Below are positions 26,902-40,776 of a stretch of DNA of 64,000 bases, one piece after another. A program made the translations under genes and the position numbers. The DNA lies in assembly GCF_009914755.1 (NCBI RefSeq), contig NC_060935.1, one strand, 5' to 3'. The notes beneath the pieces were generated by a model. It did no database searches, had not been told where the DNA came from, and saw nothing but the letters and a program-made list of their open reading frames with translations. Every line of letters begins with the position of its first letter. Positions within the stretch are counted from its first letter, which is position 1. This DNA comes from the human T2T-CHM13v2.0 reference genome, Homo sapiens.

Positions 26902-28194
26902 GAGACACAGCAATTCTTATCTTTATGCATGTAAGTTTATCCACACAATCTCAAGAAGATATAAATAGAGTTTCAAATCTTTCTGGCAGATTTCTGCAAA
27001 TGAAAATTACACAATCCAAATACAATAATGAAAGAACTTTATTAGGATTATAACAGAAACTTCAGTGTTAGTAGTATAACACACATCTAAATATTAGTTC
27101 ATGTACACCAAATGTAGTAAAAATAATTAAAGTCTGGATACTAAAAGCACCATCAAAGAGATATTAGGCAAATGGCATTGGGGTCCCTCATTAAAATCTT
27201 AAAAGAGAAAGGAAACGTAGATATTATCAATTTTACTGCTTATCATTAGACCTTTCTTTACTAGGCATGCACTAAACATAGTGAAAAACTCAATTTTTCT
27301 CAAATTAATCTATAAATATAACGTAGTCTTAATCAAAATTCTAGTTGAATATTCTGAAGAACTCAACAAACATATGAAATTTATGTAGAATAGAGATCTT
27401 TATATAACTAAATTACTTAAAAAGATATATAGGCACAATAATATTTATGTAAATGTGAAATGCATGCAAAATGTTACAAATTTTACAAGGATATACCTAT
27501 ACATAAAGCAGAAAATTGAGTGGGAGTATTGGAGTGAGAGCCGGTGACAAAAAAACAAGTGATAAATAACATATGAATAAAGAAAAAAAGGACTTTGCAG
27601 AGAGAGAGGATGATAAAGGGTTTTAAACTGAAGATGTGAGGAATATCATTACTCAATTATCCTATTTAGAGCAACTCTTAAATAAAAAAGTGAATAAAAT
27701 CAGATTCTTTTTGTAATAAAATAAAAGAACACTTTAACAGCATAACTTATTGACCAAGAGGATATAAATAGGTACGACCAGTTCTTTAGGCACTAAATCA
27801 ACCAGGGCTGGTCCAGAAATCCTTTGGCAATTACATTTAAAGAAAACAAAAATAAAAATGTAAAAAATAGGCTGGGGTCTGAGCTACCCTACAAAATAGG
27901 TCAATGAAATATTTGGGATCATATGTTCCACAAAAAGGCTAGAAGAAGGTGAAGAAATATTTTTGGAATTGCTGTTGTACGCAATAATTACTAAAAAGTA
28001 AAAGAAGAAAATTTGGGCAGGGAAACAAGAAAAGGTCTCAGAACATTTAAATACCAACCAGGAATAGTGCGGAATGAATGAAAGGGATAATTTCCTAATT
28101 ACAATTACAGAAAAGTTTACATCATCAAACAACAGAACCTTATTATATAAAAGATAATAAGCTATATAATAAATTTTGTGCACTACATTTTAAT

Positions 28195-28378
28195 CAAACT
28201 TTTTATTTTGAGATAATTATAAATTCACATGCAGTTAGTTGCAAGAAATAACAGAGATCTTGGATGCCCTTTACTCATTTCTCCAATGGTTACACCTTTA
28301 AAAACTGTACTACAACATTGGAAACAATATTGACATTGATAAAATCTATCATCTATCTGATTTTCCTGGTGGTACTCA

Positions 28379-28424
<46 letters not shown>

Positions 28425-28935
28425 CTTTTCATTCTCTGCAACTTTTTCATATGTGTAGGTTTGCATATCCACCACCATAATCAAGAGACAGAAAAGTTCC
28501 CTTACCAAAGAGTCCTGGTGTTGCCCCTTTATAATCACACACCTCCCTGCTTGCTCCTCCCCTTAACCTTAACCCATGGCAACCACTAACCTGTTCTTTT
28601 TTTAATTTAAAAAATGTTATATAAATTGAGTCATACAGTATCTAATCTTTCAGGGCTGTCGTTATTCACTCAGCACAATTCTCTACAGATGAATCCAAGT
28701 TTTGCATGCATCAATAGCTCCATCCTCTTTATGGCTGAGTAGTATTCCATCTGGATGTAACACAGGCTGTTTAACCATTCACCCAGTTAAGGAAATCTGG
28801 GTTGCTTTTGGTTTTTAGCCAATATGAATAAAGCTGTCATGCAAATTCCAGTATAGGTTTTTGTATGATCATAAGTTCTTATTTCTCTGGGCTAATACCT
28901 AAGAATGAAATTTCTGGGTCATCTGGTAATTGCCC
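28195..28935 (-). mobile_element. Old L1M (L1MC/MD-like) 3' region
   Basis: 'ttttattttgagataattataaattcacatgcagtt', 'ggcaaccactaacctgttct', 'atggctgagtagtattccat'. Confidence 0.75.
28381..28421 (+). repeat. (TG)20 microsatellite
   Basis: Perfect TG run read directly. Confidence 0.98.
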
Positions 28936-29574
28936 ACAACTTTGTGGGCACATTCATTCCTGGTCTTTGGAAGGTAAATTGGCATAAATTCTTTGAAAAT
29001 CAAATGAACAGTGTATATTAAGAAACGTAGATATATTCACATCCTTTGAGTCACCAAGTCAACTAAGCTAATAATCAGAAATGCAGGTATGCATTTATGT
29101 ATAAAAGTTATTCGCTAAAAACATACTTACACTAAAGAATGAAAATATGAATTCCATCAATAAATTTATAATTAAGTTACAGTATATCCTTATGACAAAA
29201 ATCTGTAGGGCCATAGTAAATAATGTTTTCACGTACATCTGTGGCATGGAAAAAGCTCAAAATATTAGTTTTAAATAAAAAATCCAAAACTATATATAGT
29301 ATGATCCCTATTATATTTCAAAATGCATGTAAAGGGCCAAAAATACAACAATATTATAACATCCCCTTGGCTATGTGATTAGGGGCAGATTTAGCATTCT
29401 TCTAAATTGTTTATATATATAATAAGTATACTACGCAGCTCTAGGAACATTTTTTTGTAAACAGGAAAAAAGGCATAGAACTTATTTTTAAGGTTTTTAA
29501 ATTAAAACCAGAATATCTTTGTGAAAACTACTAGTTAGTTCTGGCTCATCCATGACTATGGCTCCACGACAATG

Positions 29575-29910
29575 TACATGTATCAGAATTCATTCCCCGC
29601 TTCTTTCTAGGCACAGGCCTATATTCCTTTTCTCAGTTTCCCTTGCAGTTAGTCTGGATATGTGACTATAAAATGTGAATGGAAATTATGCATACTGTTC
29701 TCAGGTCTCCACTCTTTGTATCTTCTTACATTGGCCGAAATGACTTAGACCCACGAAGTCATACATCAGCCTTGGTCCCTTACAGACCCCCATCATCCCA
29801 ATTTGAAACATTGGCTGGGAACTATTTCCTGAGAAAGACTTCAACTTTGCTTGTGCTAGTACATGTTGATTATATTTGTTACAGGAATGTAACCTACCCT
29901 AGCTAACATA
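29575..29910 (+). mobile_element. Old MLT1-type LTR fragment
   Basis: 'ttcccttgcagttagtctggatatgtgacta' and 'atttgttacagg...taacctaccctagctaacata'. Confidence 0.55.
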
Positions 29911-32229
29911 ATGACTCTGAGAGAAGGAGACTTAACACTTGCACCAAAACCAGTCCGCTGAATGTATGGGCAGTTATCTGATTGTGCCCTTAGTTGTCCA
30001 TGAAAACTAACATTTCCTCCAGGGCTCCACTGTTAAGATGAAGACATACATTCTAGCACATAGTTGAAGTTCAGTAAGTATGTATTAAAGGAAGAAAGAG
30101 AGGGAGGAAGGAAGGGAAGGAATAAAGGGGAGAAGAGGAACCTGAAGAAGAAAAACAAACTCTTAGGAAAAATGGGTAACATACTGAATACAAGCTGTAC
30201 AATTTAATGTTTTTACCTAGAGCTAACCTCACTATATATAAAAATGCATTAAAAATGTTTAAAGTTCCCACAATAGCCACTTCTACTGAAGACTACTAGA
30301 AAACTGAGCCCAAAGTAAGAGAAAATTCTTGATGATCCAGGAACACGGAAAACAAAAACTATGTGAAAGCCACACCTCATGTTAAACCCACTTTAATCAT
30401 TTTGTTTACACTCTTTAGCAAAATACGATCAGTAATAAAATTAACTAATTTGTATTGAAGGCTCTCCTTCTTCCCCGCTTCTTCCTCTGAGAAGATAACA
30501 ATTAGCAAAGAAATAAACAATAAACAGAAGCAGCAGAAGTTAAAGCACAGGATTTAGGTAATCCTTAAATTCGACAATTATCCTTTAAATGCCCAAAGGT
30601 TGATTTTGCATGTAAATTACAATTTTAAAATCCCAAGAGATATAAGGCCTGAGAGTTTCACAAAATGATACTAAGTTGTATGCACAGCACCTAATATTTT
30701 TGTTCTACTATCAAGAAGGAAGAACCTTATTTTTGTGTGTGCACAAACATGAACAATGCTTTGGAAATACATGCTTTTTAAAGTCCTTTTTAAAGCAAAC
30801 TATTGAAAACTATACATAAATATATCAAATTTGTATTTAGCTTGAGAATTTAGAAGTTTCTAAAATAAAATTCAAAGTTATGGTACATATTTAGATTATA
30901 TTTTTGATGGCAAAACAACCAAATACTCTAATATTTCTGGTATTCCAATTAATCACTTGCATCCAATTGTTTGCTCTAATTTTTGAATCCATATAGAATA
31001 TTTGGAAGAACTAATATGTTTATTGCTAATAATTAGTCTGAGTAGAAATCCAAAACTGCAGGAAATCTGTACTCCATTGCCACATTCCTCCAACAAACTA
31101 GCTGCTAAAAGAAAATAAAAATCAATATAAGTTTTATATTGAAAATCACCTGAACTCTTTCTCTATATTCTATAGCTCATATTAACTCACTGGTTCTTAC
31201 TAATTCATACCTAAATTTCATATCAACTCCCATCTTTTTTTTTAACCAGTTCTCAATGCAAATCCATCCTCAAAAATATAAGATTAAATTGTCTCAAATA
31301 CAATACACATTACAACTTAGAATTCTGCCTGCCACTTAAAAAATATTTCAAAATACTTGTTGAGCCATTTACTATTTCATGGATCTTTCCAGCATTTTTC
31401 AAACAAATCTATGGAGAAAAGGCCAAAATTCCATCTGAACCCAAACCTTTTCCTCTGTCCTATATAAGCATTCTCTTGTTTAAAAAAATATGTTCTCCCC
31501 AGAACCAAATAAAGTGCTACGAGGTTCAGGGGTTAGTATAAATCTCTATTCTGTAGTATCTTCCATCTACAGACACTCACGACTAAATTTTCCTTTTAAA
31601 TTTGAGAAAACTGCAGTGGGGTGAGGTTTAACTGTGCAGTTCTCTATATTCAATCATTATGAAGGCTTGAGAATAAGCTTGGCACAATCCTGTCAATGAA
31701 ATAGATGAAATGATTTCTCTATGCCCTAACAGCACTTGGATGCTATAATAATGAAAATAAAATATCAACCTATAAAGAAAAAAGAACAGTGCTGTATAAA
31801 AAGAAAATTGTTAACTGTGCCCTTTAATGAAACCTTCTGTTTCTCTATTTGACTAAAGTTCTGTCTACACAGCATAAGAACAATCAGCTCATCAGTGAAA
31901 ACTATTGTTAGCCAAGTAGGAGTTTGATCTGCCTGCTTCCAAAAAACCTATACTGATTTCTACCACTGATTCTCTCATAAAAATTAAATATTTTGTATCA
32001 AACAAACACAAACTATTTGCCTTCAGCAAACACACTGTGGTGATATTTTCCAAACCTAGGAAAACATGTTGGTTTTAGACACAGTACCAGCATTCTATAC
32101 ACAGTTACAAATGTAAGTTGATGTTTTGCTTATGTTGTGGAATTTTTTTCAAAAGATATATATATATATATAAAAGCAATCAAATATTTTAACACAATTT
32201 GTACTAATCTATGAAACACACAAACACAT

Positions 32230-32669
32230 TGTCTTAGTTCGCTTGCACTGCTATAAAGGAATGCCTGAAGCTAGACAATTTATAAAGAAAAGAGATTTAT
32301 TTGGCTCATGATTGTGCAAGCTGTACACAAAGCATGGCACCAGCATCAGCATCTGGTGAGAGCCTCAGGCTACTTCTGCCATTAGTGGAAAGGAGAACTG
32401 CCATGTGCAGTGATCACATGATGAGAATAGAAGTGACAGAGAGGGGGAAGATGCCTGCCTCTCTTTAACAACCAGTTATTATGGGAACTAATACAGTGAG
32501 AACTCACTCATCACCATGAGGAAAGCACCAAGCTGGTCAGTCATGAAGGATCCAACGCCAGGACCCAAACACCTCCCACTAAGCCCCATCTCCCAGCACT
32601 GCCACACTGGGGATTAAATTTCAACATAGGATTTGGAAGGGTCAAACAAACCATATTCAAACTATAGCA
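32230..32669 (-). mobile_element. MSTB-like MaLR solo LTR
   Basis: tgtcttagttc...ctgctataaaggaa...aaactatagca; 5-bp TSD cacat at 32225-32229 and 32670-32674. Confidence 0.92.
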
Positions 32670-33009
32670 CACATAGACATCAAAGTACAGCTCTTCAAAA
32701 TACAAATCCAGTACCTAAATGAGGCTAGACAGATGTAGACCTAATGTGCTATGTAAATTTATAAGCATGACTTGCTTCATCTCAACATTAAAGTTAAAAT
32801 ACTCAAGACTATCCCACTAAATTATTCTTAATTAAATGCCAAAGAGATTTCCTATAGGGGAAAATACCTTATGCTTGAAGGCCAAAGTGTTCCTTAGCCA
32901 CAACATAGAAAAAGTACTAAATGTTAATCGGCAACCATCAAGCATAACCTGGCTAAAGACTGAAAGAGTGCTAATGTTTGTTGGGTCATTGATTTCAATC
33001 AGGTAATGA

Positions 33010-33103
33010 AAAAGCAAAAAAAAAAAAAAAAGAAAGAAAGAAAGAAAAAGAAAGAGAGAGAGAGAGGGAGGGAGGCAGGGAGGGAAGGAGAAAAGAGAGA
33101 GAG
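33010..33103 (+). repeat. A/GA-rich low-complexity tract
   Basis: Poly(A), then (GAAA)n, (GA)n and (GGGA)n. Confidence 0.9.
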
Positions 33104-33597
33104 GGCCAGTGAGACAGAAAGCAAAATCTATTTGTAGGGGAGACAGGCAAGTAAAACAAGCAACTGTGTAGTAAGTATATTACACTGAATACTATGGGAG
33201 CATATACTAGGGGGTCTTAACATACATGAAGATATCAGTATCTATACAGATTTTCACTGAGTGACATGCCCTTGAACTTAATGGGTCACACTATCCTTCA
33301 TTTACTCCCACCAAATATCCATTTATAGTGCCACTCCTAATGTACATAATTAATGTGAAAGTGACCCTACTTTATAAGTTTTTTATGCAGACAAACAAAA
33401 TTCAGCTACTGAATTACTCTGATGCCATCAACAAATGGTGATAACAGCCAAGTAGGCAGATGTTTAGTTACCTTAACATGTTGTAAACAGGCTTCACTTG
33501 GCTTGGTGTTTCTATGTTTGATTTTGAGGTATTTTAAGAATGTCACTAGCCATGCTACGTCCAGTAAGTACAAATACAACAAATACAACATTAAAAA

Positions 33598-33766
33598 GAG
33601 AAATAATTACAAAGAAAATTAAATAAAAATAAAAATAATAATCACAAGGAAATAATTACAAGGAAAATTAAATAAATATATTAAAAATTGAAAATCTGAG
33701 AAGAGAAATAATTACAAGAGAAAATAAATAAAGATAATATTTTAAAAACTGAAAATATGAGAAGAG
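33598..33766 (+). repeat. Degenerate AT-rich tandem repeat (about 3 units of 50-60 bp)
   Basis: gaaataattacaa recurs at ~33600, 33650 and 33705; aaaa(t/c)tgaaaat(c/a)tgagaagag occurs twice. Confidence 0.7.
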
Positions 33767-33839
33767 TAAAAATGTTTCATGGGTATTTGGAATTTTGCAA
33801 CAGTATAAAGTATTTTGAAAGACAAAGAGTAAGTCACAA

Positions 33840-34500
33840 AGGGACTTCTAGTTTCAGCTCTAACATGTGAAGACCTTGTAAGTTGTCACTCCATCTTCCA
33901 ACAAGAAAAAAAGATGAACAAACAGAAAATCAACAACTTTTCTTGGATCAGACAATGCAAGCAAGAACAGAGTGGGCTGAAACATTTTATGTTGAAATTT
34001 AAAAAAACGCCAACCTAGAATTGTATGTACAGCAATCCTGCAAAAGTAAAGAAGAAATAAAGACTTTTTCAGACAAACAAAAGCAGGAAACTCACTGCTA
34101 GCAGACCTGCCCTGCAGGAAATGTTTAAAAAAGTTCTTCAGGAAGAAGAAAAATTATACAGATCAGAAACTTGGATCTTTTTGAAGAAAGAAAGAGAGTT
34201 GGAGAAAGAATGAAGGTAAAATAAAATATTGTATTTTCCTTGTTCTTAACTGACTTGATAGACAACTTTATTAAAAGTAATAATAGTAACAATGTATTGC
34301 CTGAATATAGCCTGTGGATCAAAGCATATGGATAAGTGACAAGAATGGCAGCAACCTTATAGGGGACAGGGAGGGAGGGATTGGGCATACTCTGTTACAA
34401 GGTATCTGTACTACCGACGAGGCAATACAGTGTCATTTGAAAGTGAATTTAGATTAGTTGGAAATATGGGTTGAAAAATCTAGGGCAACCACTAAAAAAC
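33840..34500 (+). mobile_element. Old L1MC-type fragment (5' end, ORF1 C-terminus, inter-ORF region)
   Basis: 5' end resembles 12575-12690; 'gaaataaagactttttcagacaaacaaaagc...agcagacctgccctgcaggaaatg' is the ORF1 3' motif. Confidence 0.75.
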
Positions 34501-35959
34501 GACAACACATGTAAAAGTGCCACATTGTGCAACTGACAGTCTATCAGCAGGAGATAAAAAAACATTTTGTAAAACGTGGCTAGAACATTGCCTAATTTTA
34601 ATCCTGGGCAAGGTAAAAAGTTTATTCAAGAACATGAAGGAAACATGGTGATTATCTCGCTGTAAATTCAGTAGTCACTGAAGCATTTCTAAGTTACTTA
34701 CAGAGATCATAGAAAAAGGGTGCTTCTTCGTTCAACCCAATTTTAATATAAATGAGCCACGTAAACCAAGTGAAAAAGAACTTTGTCTGATTTTAAGATT
34801 TCACACTATTTGTGCATTTTAAATCTCATAACTGCTTGTTGGAAAGGCATTTGAGCATTACAAGCTGAAACCCCTTAAGCCACTTTGGATTTAAGAACAA
34901 CTGAAAAACAGCCTTCTGGGACCTAACCTGAAATAGAGGAGCTTCTATATACACAACATTTTTATCTGTCATGGTTACTGCCACTCTCACTGTAAAGAAA
35001 AGAAAAAAAAAATCCATGAAGGGGAACAAGGGAAAGTAAGGGGATAAGATACATAAAGGACATGATCAAAATGCACTAACATCAGCACACTAATTTGTGA
35101 CTCTGATTATAAAGACAGCTTTCTAAACACTAGTCCTACAAAGTATTCCTTTGATTAAACATAAAAAGACAAAAGATTTAGTTGACAATTTAGTCATAAG
35201 CATAAAGTACTTTTTGGTTAAATAGTAAGACTACTTTGAGAATCATAAATGACAACAGCTGTTATATCAATCCTGTCTATTAGTTGTTCAGGGAAAAATC
35301 AAAGATTTATTTGGCAAAAATCCAAAATTTTCATGGGTTGCAGATTATCAGTCTATCAGTCTATATATGTAAAACAAATGTTATAAATTACTGACTCTCT
35401 CTAATCCACATTGATAAAATCATACCTATCTCATTTGGTTGTTGAGAGTATTAAATATAAGTAAGAAATCAAAGCAGGTAGCCCTGGGCCTGGATCGTAG
35501 TACAGACTCTCAAATATCAGCAGTTATAAATATGGAAGAGATTTCAAGATATCCTTCATGTTCCTGCTTAAAGATTGTGCTTAAACCAGATGAGCCATAT
35601 TTTAACTAGAGTGAAATGCAGTTTTGAAGTACACATGAACATAGATATATATGTATTTTTTTAGATAAAGGTAGTATACCAAAATTTACATCAAAGAAGA
35701 ATAAGTAGCCAATTAGCGTAGCAGGGTTCTGTCATGTTTTTATCTACTGCTAAGTAAACTGACTCGTTGGTTCAGTCCAGATATATCTTGATTACTGACA
35801 TCATCACAGGAAAACCTGGGCTGAGTCTGCTCTTTCATATGAAAGACAACTTACATAAAATTTATAAACACTTGCAGAAATAAAACATTATCATGATATA
35901 AAAAATTAGAATGTACAAACTAGAAATTGCAGAATTGAATACCAATCATTCCTAAATTA

Positions 35960-36440
35960 ATTTTTAAAACATTTAATGAGAATCTATTATGTAATTAAAA
36001 TGTTGTTCTAGGAGCTAACTGGGAATACAAGATGAAAAACAAAATAAGCAATTAGGCCCATGCCTTCATGTCACTAACATCTTAGTGAGGACACAAGACA
36101 ATAAAGAAACAAATCATTACAGATAGTAGTGTTATAAAGAAAATAAACAGAGCACTGAGACTGGGCTACTTCTATTTCACATAGAGCAAGAGAAATGCCC
36201 CTCTGAGGAGTTGATATTTAAGCTAAAATCTGAGCACTATGAAGCCATTTAAAAAGTTAGGGAAAGAGCATTTCAGACGAAACAAGCAGCATATTCAAAG
36301 GCCCTGTGGCAACCAGAAGGAGCTTAGCATATTAGGAAAAGATGCAAGATTGGGGCAGCTGGATGAGACTGCTTATGGTACAGAGTGACAAGACAAGGGG
36401 TTGGAGGTAAACAGCAGCCAGATAGATCAGGCAATGCTCT
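35960..36440 (-). mobile_element. L2 fragment
   Basis: 'aacatttaatgagaatctattatg', 'ccctctgaggagttgatatttaagct', 'gaaagagcatttcagac...caaaggccctgtgg'. Confidence 0.7.
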
Positions 36441-36457
36441 TAGAAATTAGCAAAGCC

Positions 36458-36981
36458 ATCCCATTACTGGGTATATACCCAAAGGATTATAAATCATGCT
36501 GCTATAAAGACATATACACATGTATGTTTATTGTGACACTATTCACAATAGCAAAGACTTGGAACCAACCCAAATGCCCAACAATGATAGACTGGATTAA
36601 GAAAATGTGGCACATATACACCATGGAATACTATGCAGCCATAAAAAAGGATGAGTTCATGTCCTTTGTAGGGACGTGGATGAAGCTGGAAACCATCATT
36701 CTCAGTAAACTATCACAAGGACAAAAAACCAAACACCGCATGTTCTCACTCATAGGTGGGAATTGAACAATGAGAACACATGGACACAGGAAGGGGAGCA
36801 TCACACACCGGGGCCTGTTGTGGGGTGGGGGGAGGGGGGAGGGATGGCACTGGGAGATATACCTAATGTTAAATGATGAGTTAATGGGTGTAGCGCACCA
36901 ACAAGGCACATGTATACATATGTAACTAACCTACACGTTGTGCACAGGTACCCTAAAACTTAAAGTATAAAAAAAAAAAAA
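36458..36981 (+). mobile_element. 5'-truncated L1PA3/4-like element
   Basis: ORF2 C-terminus (ORF 36401-36766), 3'UTR and poly(A); 16-bp TSD agaaattagcaaagcc at 36442-36457 and 36982-36997. Confidence 0.95.
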
Positions 36982-38034
36982 AGAAATTAGCAAAGCCCAA
37001 CAAGGAGAAGTGGGTACCATGGGCAGACAATAATGTGATTCCTCTTCAAATTTAAATTCTCATAAAATAATTTAAACATTCTTTAAGCATTTAGTAGGAA
37101 CTACTGCTCTGGGTAGAACAGAGAAGGAGAACGAAGGGTATAACGCCCCTGTTTGCATGCCCAGCTCTGCAAAACATGCCTGCAGTTCACTAGTTCTCCT
37201 TGGGGGGCACTGTAAGGACTATCTGTTATGATGGAGCACACCACAGATTTACTTGCAACCACCTGTGTTCTCTCCTTGAAAAAAAATTGTGGTAAATGCA
37301 ATTTTCTCTATTTATTACATTTGCAGTGACACTGCAGAGCCCCACATTGAATGCAGCACTTGGCAACTGTCCAATTTGCCTTCCCTTTAATTCTGCTCTT
37401 TGAAAGCAAATATTTTACCCAACACACCATTTTTTAAAAAATCCTACTCTTAAACAATGCATAATTCTACATATTTACTTGTAAGGAGACAACAGAACTC
37501 AAATTTGTTTGCATATTCTTCCTCGCCATGGACATCAGACATACATAAACACACACAAATTCTCTCTTCCACACGTGCACACACATCACACATAGACATT
37601 ACACACACAGAGACATTACACATGTCACATTAATTTCAAATTCACAAAAAAAGAAAGGAAATTTTCAAAATTTATTGGTGACAAGACCTGTGAATCTATT
37701 AGATCACTTACCCAGGCAAACAACTAAAGACAGAAAAGATTTATTGTGCACACTTCATCTCATGACAAGTAAAAAAGGTTAACAGCTTTTTATCTTTCTT
37801 TCCAGTCAATGAATTACAAGGTAGTTACCCACTCAAGTGTACAATGTACCTAGCATTTCAAATAATCAATATTAGAAAGCCAATAAAATCTTGATTTATC
37901 ATCTTCTGGGATATACAACTTCAAAGTGGGCAACATCTTTAAAAATCTGATATTTAACCTAAATTCGATACTGCCCAGGTATATAGCCAAATAATTATTG
38001 TCTGTGTATTTCATCTTTAATACCAGACTATAAT

Positions 38035-38850
38035 TACATTCATTTATTATCTATTTATTGAATTCCTATATGCAAAACATTTTAGAAGACACTAGGTACA
38101 TATTGGTGGATAAAGGAGGCATTGTCTCTGCCTGCATGGATCTTTCAGTCAAATCACCGGACAAAAAACAAGCGTGATTATATATTGTTATGTTTGCTCA
38201 TGTTTTTTGTCCAATGCTCATGTTCAAAAACATGAAGAAACATAAGAATATATAATCACAAATTGGCATACGTTGGTCAAAGGCTACAAACTTTTTCAGT
38301 TTTAAGATGAATAAGTTCTAAGAATCTAATATACAGCATGATGACTATAGTTAACAATACTGTATTGTACACTGACATTTGCTAAAAGAGTAGATTTTAG
38401 ATGTTACCATAATAACAAAAAAAGGTATCTTGGTGAGGTGATAGATGTGTTAACTAATTTAATTGTGATAATCATTTCATAATATATCCATATATCAAAT
38501 CATCACATCATACACCTTAAATTTATATAATTTTATTCATCAATTATACCTCAATCAAGCTGGAAAAAAATTGGCATAGTGCAATGTGGAAAACTAACAA
38601 TAGACAATAAAGGCATGTGGACTCCCCAGGTGAAGTGGTCAAGGAAGGAAATCAAATATCAGTTGAGATCTGAAGGACAAAAATTAAGTTAGTGATGCTA
38701 AAAAGAGGTAGAAGAGTATTTTAGGAATCAAGAACAGTATATGCAAAATCCCTGAAGTAGAAAAAAGGTTTACATATCTGAGGAAATAAAAGGAAAATAG
38801 AGTGGCTAGAACAGTGTGAAGAGAAGAGAATAACATGAGTTCACACTACA
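38035..38850 (-). mobile_element. L2 fragment interrupted by an L1MA/MB 3' end
   Basis: 'cattcatttattatctatttattgaattcctatatgc', 'ctctgcctgcatggatcttt', and after the L1 'agttgagatctgaaggac...gaacagtatatgcaaaatccctgaagtag'. Confidence 0.65.
38271..38567 (+). mobile_element. L1MA9/L1MB-like 3' end
   Basis: 'gaataagttctaagaatctaatatacagcatgatgactatagttaacaatactgtattg'; 11-bp TSD aaattggcata at 38260-38270 and 38568-38578. Confidence 0.85.
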
Positions 38851-40647
38851 GAGAAGCCACATTTCATTTCTTAAAATCTGAGCTTACTCTTCATGGAGTT
38901 TATCTACCAAAAGTAAGTGAGTTAGATGTTACCTCCACTGCTTTACTCACAAGGACAACTGTGAAGATGTCCAAGAAAACATGTTAAAGCACTTTAAAAA
39001 TTGAGATGCGCTAAACCACAGTTCAAAAAATTACAGGTTGACTCATTGGGCAATAGATAAACTAGCTAATACCTAACCTCAAAAATCTCTGACATATAAT
39101 TACATTTGTTATAAAGCTTAGAAACAAGTAAAAGTAAACAAATGTATTTACAGATATATACATTAGGGGAACGCCATTAAAAAAAAACCACACACACACG
39201 CACACACCAGGGCAATAACACCAAACCGAGAATGGTTATTTCAGTGGATGGAGCAGTGCAGAACTGGGAAGAAAGTGAAGAAAGTGGATGCAGGGAGTTC
39301 CCCAGTATAAAATTGGGAATATTTTAACTGTTACATTAGGCAGTGGATTCACAGGTTATTACGTTATTTATGCTTCATAACTTACATTTATATTACATAT
39401 CGATTATACTCTTTTGTCTGTATAAAATATTACTTAGTAAAAGATAAAAAGAAAAACTTCTAATGGCTTTTGTCATTAAGTATTAAATCACATTCCACCA
39501 ACTCAAAATTTATAATACATTAACATGGGTGGAGTGTAAATTTATTAAGCATTGAAAGTGTAAACATGATTATGATTTGAGGGAAATTTTAATCTATTAA
39601 AAGAAACTGAACCATGTTTAATGGATTAAACATTTCCATTTGTTTAAACATTTCCATTTGTTTATCATTCAGATCTTATAATTACAAATGACACTTAAAT
39701 AGACACTAAAGCAACCCCTGTAAGCTGCTTCTTATTACCATTTTGTTAGAAGCTCAAGTAAACAGCAGAAAATTAAGTTGTTGGTTTCTTTCACAGTACT
39801 GAATAAAGTCGATCGCAGTAACAAAATCATATTTCCTTTTTAAAAATCTATACTTCACGGGTTTCTTTTATTCTAACTGTCCTTATAATAATTACTCTCA
39901 AATAATGGTAATGCAGTAGCTACTGGAAAGCAATGACATTCTAGTAATAAAAAGCAATGGAGTCTCTGCTTTCTCTGAAATTGTCTCATTCAGAATCCTA
40001 TGATGAACCTCATTTTGATTTTTCTTTTTATATTTTATAATCAACTCAATATTTGCAACATGAACTAAAGCCAGTGAAAATATTAGGGTGTATAAGGTCA
40101 ACTGTTACATACTCTGCCTTACTCAATCCATGTGCAATGTAATATAATTATATGATACCCTGGGAAAAGCCAAAAACAGGGCATGGAAGTCACCTATTTT
40201 TAAAACTTGTTTATGGATTTCTCATTATTATTTCCATAGTCACTGAATTCAATTCCCATATCCTGAAATGCTCCAAGACCAGAACTTGCAGCATCACTTC
40301 TCTTACTGGACCTGACTAGAAAAATCCCTCAGCTGTTTCCACACTTCTAACCAACTAGAGCATTCTAAGATGTCCTTTCTGCATATTCCCAGGGATCCAT
40401 GCCAGACATGTGATCTTAAGACAAAATGTGGTCCAAAAAAGGCTTCAAAAATGATTAAAGGACTAAAACAATTCTAGTTTAAAAAAAAACTGCTACTCTT
40501 TTACTAAAAATGTGCTTTAAATAAATCTTTTAGAACTCTTCCTTGACCCATTATGACCATACCATTCTCCTAGTCCCAGTTTCCTTCTCCAATTCCTTCA
40601 CAAAGAACCAATTGTCCACTCATCGATGGCCCCACAACACAATAGTC

Positions 40648-40776
40648 AAACTTCAATTTTCTTGTCTGTAAAATGGCGATAGTAATTTTACCCCCTAGGG
40701 CTGTTGGAAAGAGTAAATAAAACTGTGTCTATAAAATGCTTATTCCAAGGCCTTGCTCATTGTAAACACTTGGTAA
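40648..40776 (+). mobile_element. MIR fragment
   Basis: 'cttcaattttcttgtctgtaaaatggcgatagtaat...ctagggctgttgg'. Confidence 0.65.

Noticed and set aside
24928-26944. L1 ORF2-like ORFs here and at 2807, 13948, 36401 and 51921
   Set aside because: 5'-truncated, frameshifted L1 remnants with no intact EN/RT; not active elements.
37180-37212. CTCF-like site (ctgcagttc...tccttggggggcac)
   Set aside because: Upstream-motif spacing is plausible, but the core deviates at key positions (CC and AG) and it probably lies in an old DNA-transposon remnant; not supportable without ChIP data.
39626-39663. 18-bp tandem duplication (aaacatttccatttgttt x2) and small hairpins at ~28931-28950, ~51186-51200 and ~62440-62465
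   Set aside because: Short enough to be ordinary slippage or chance in AT-rich DNA.
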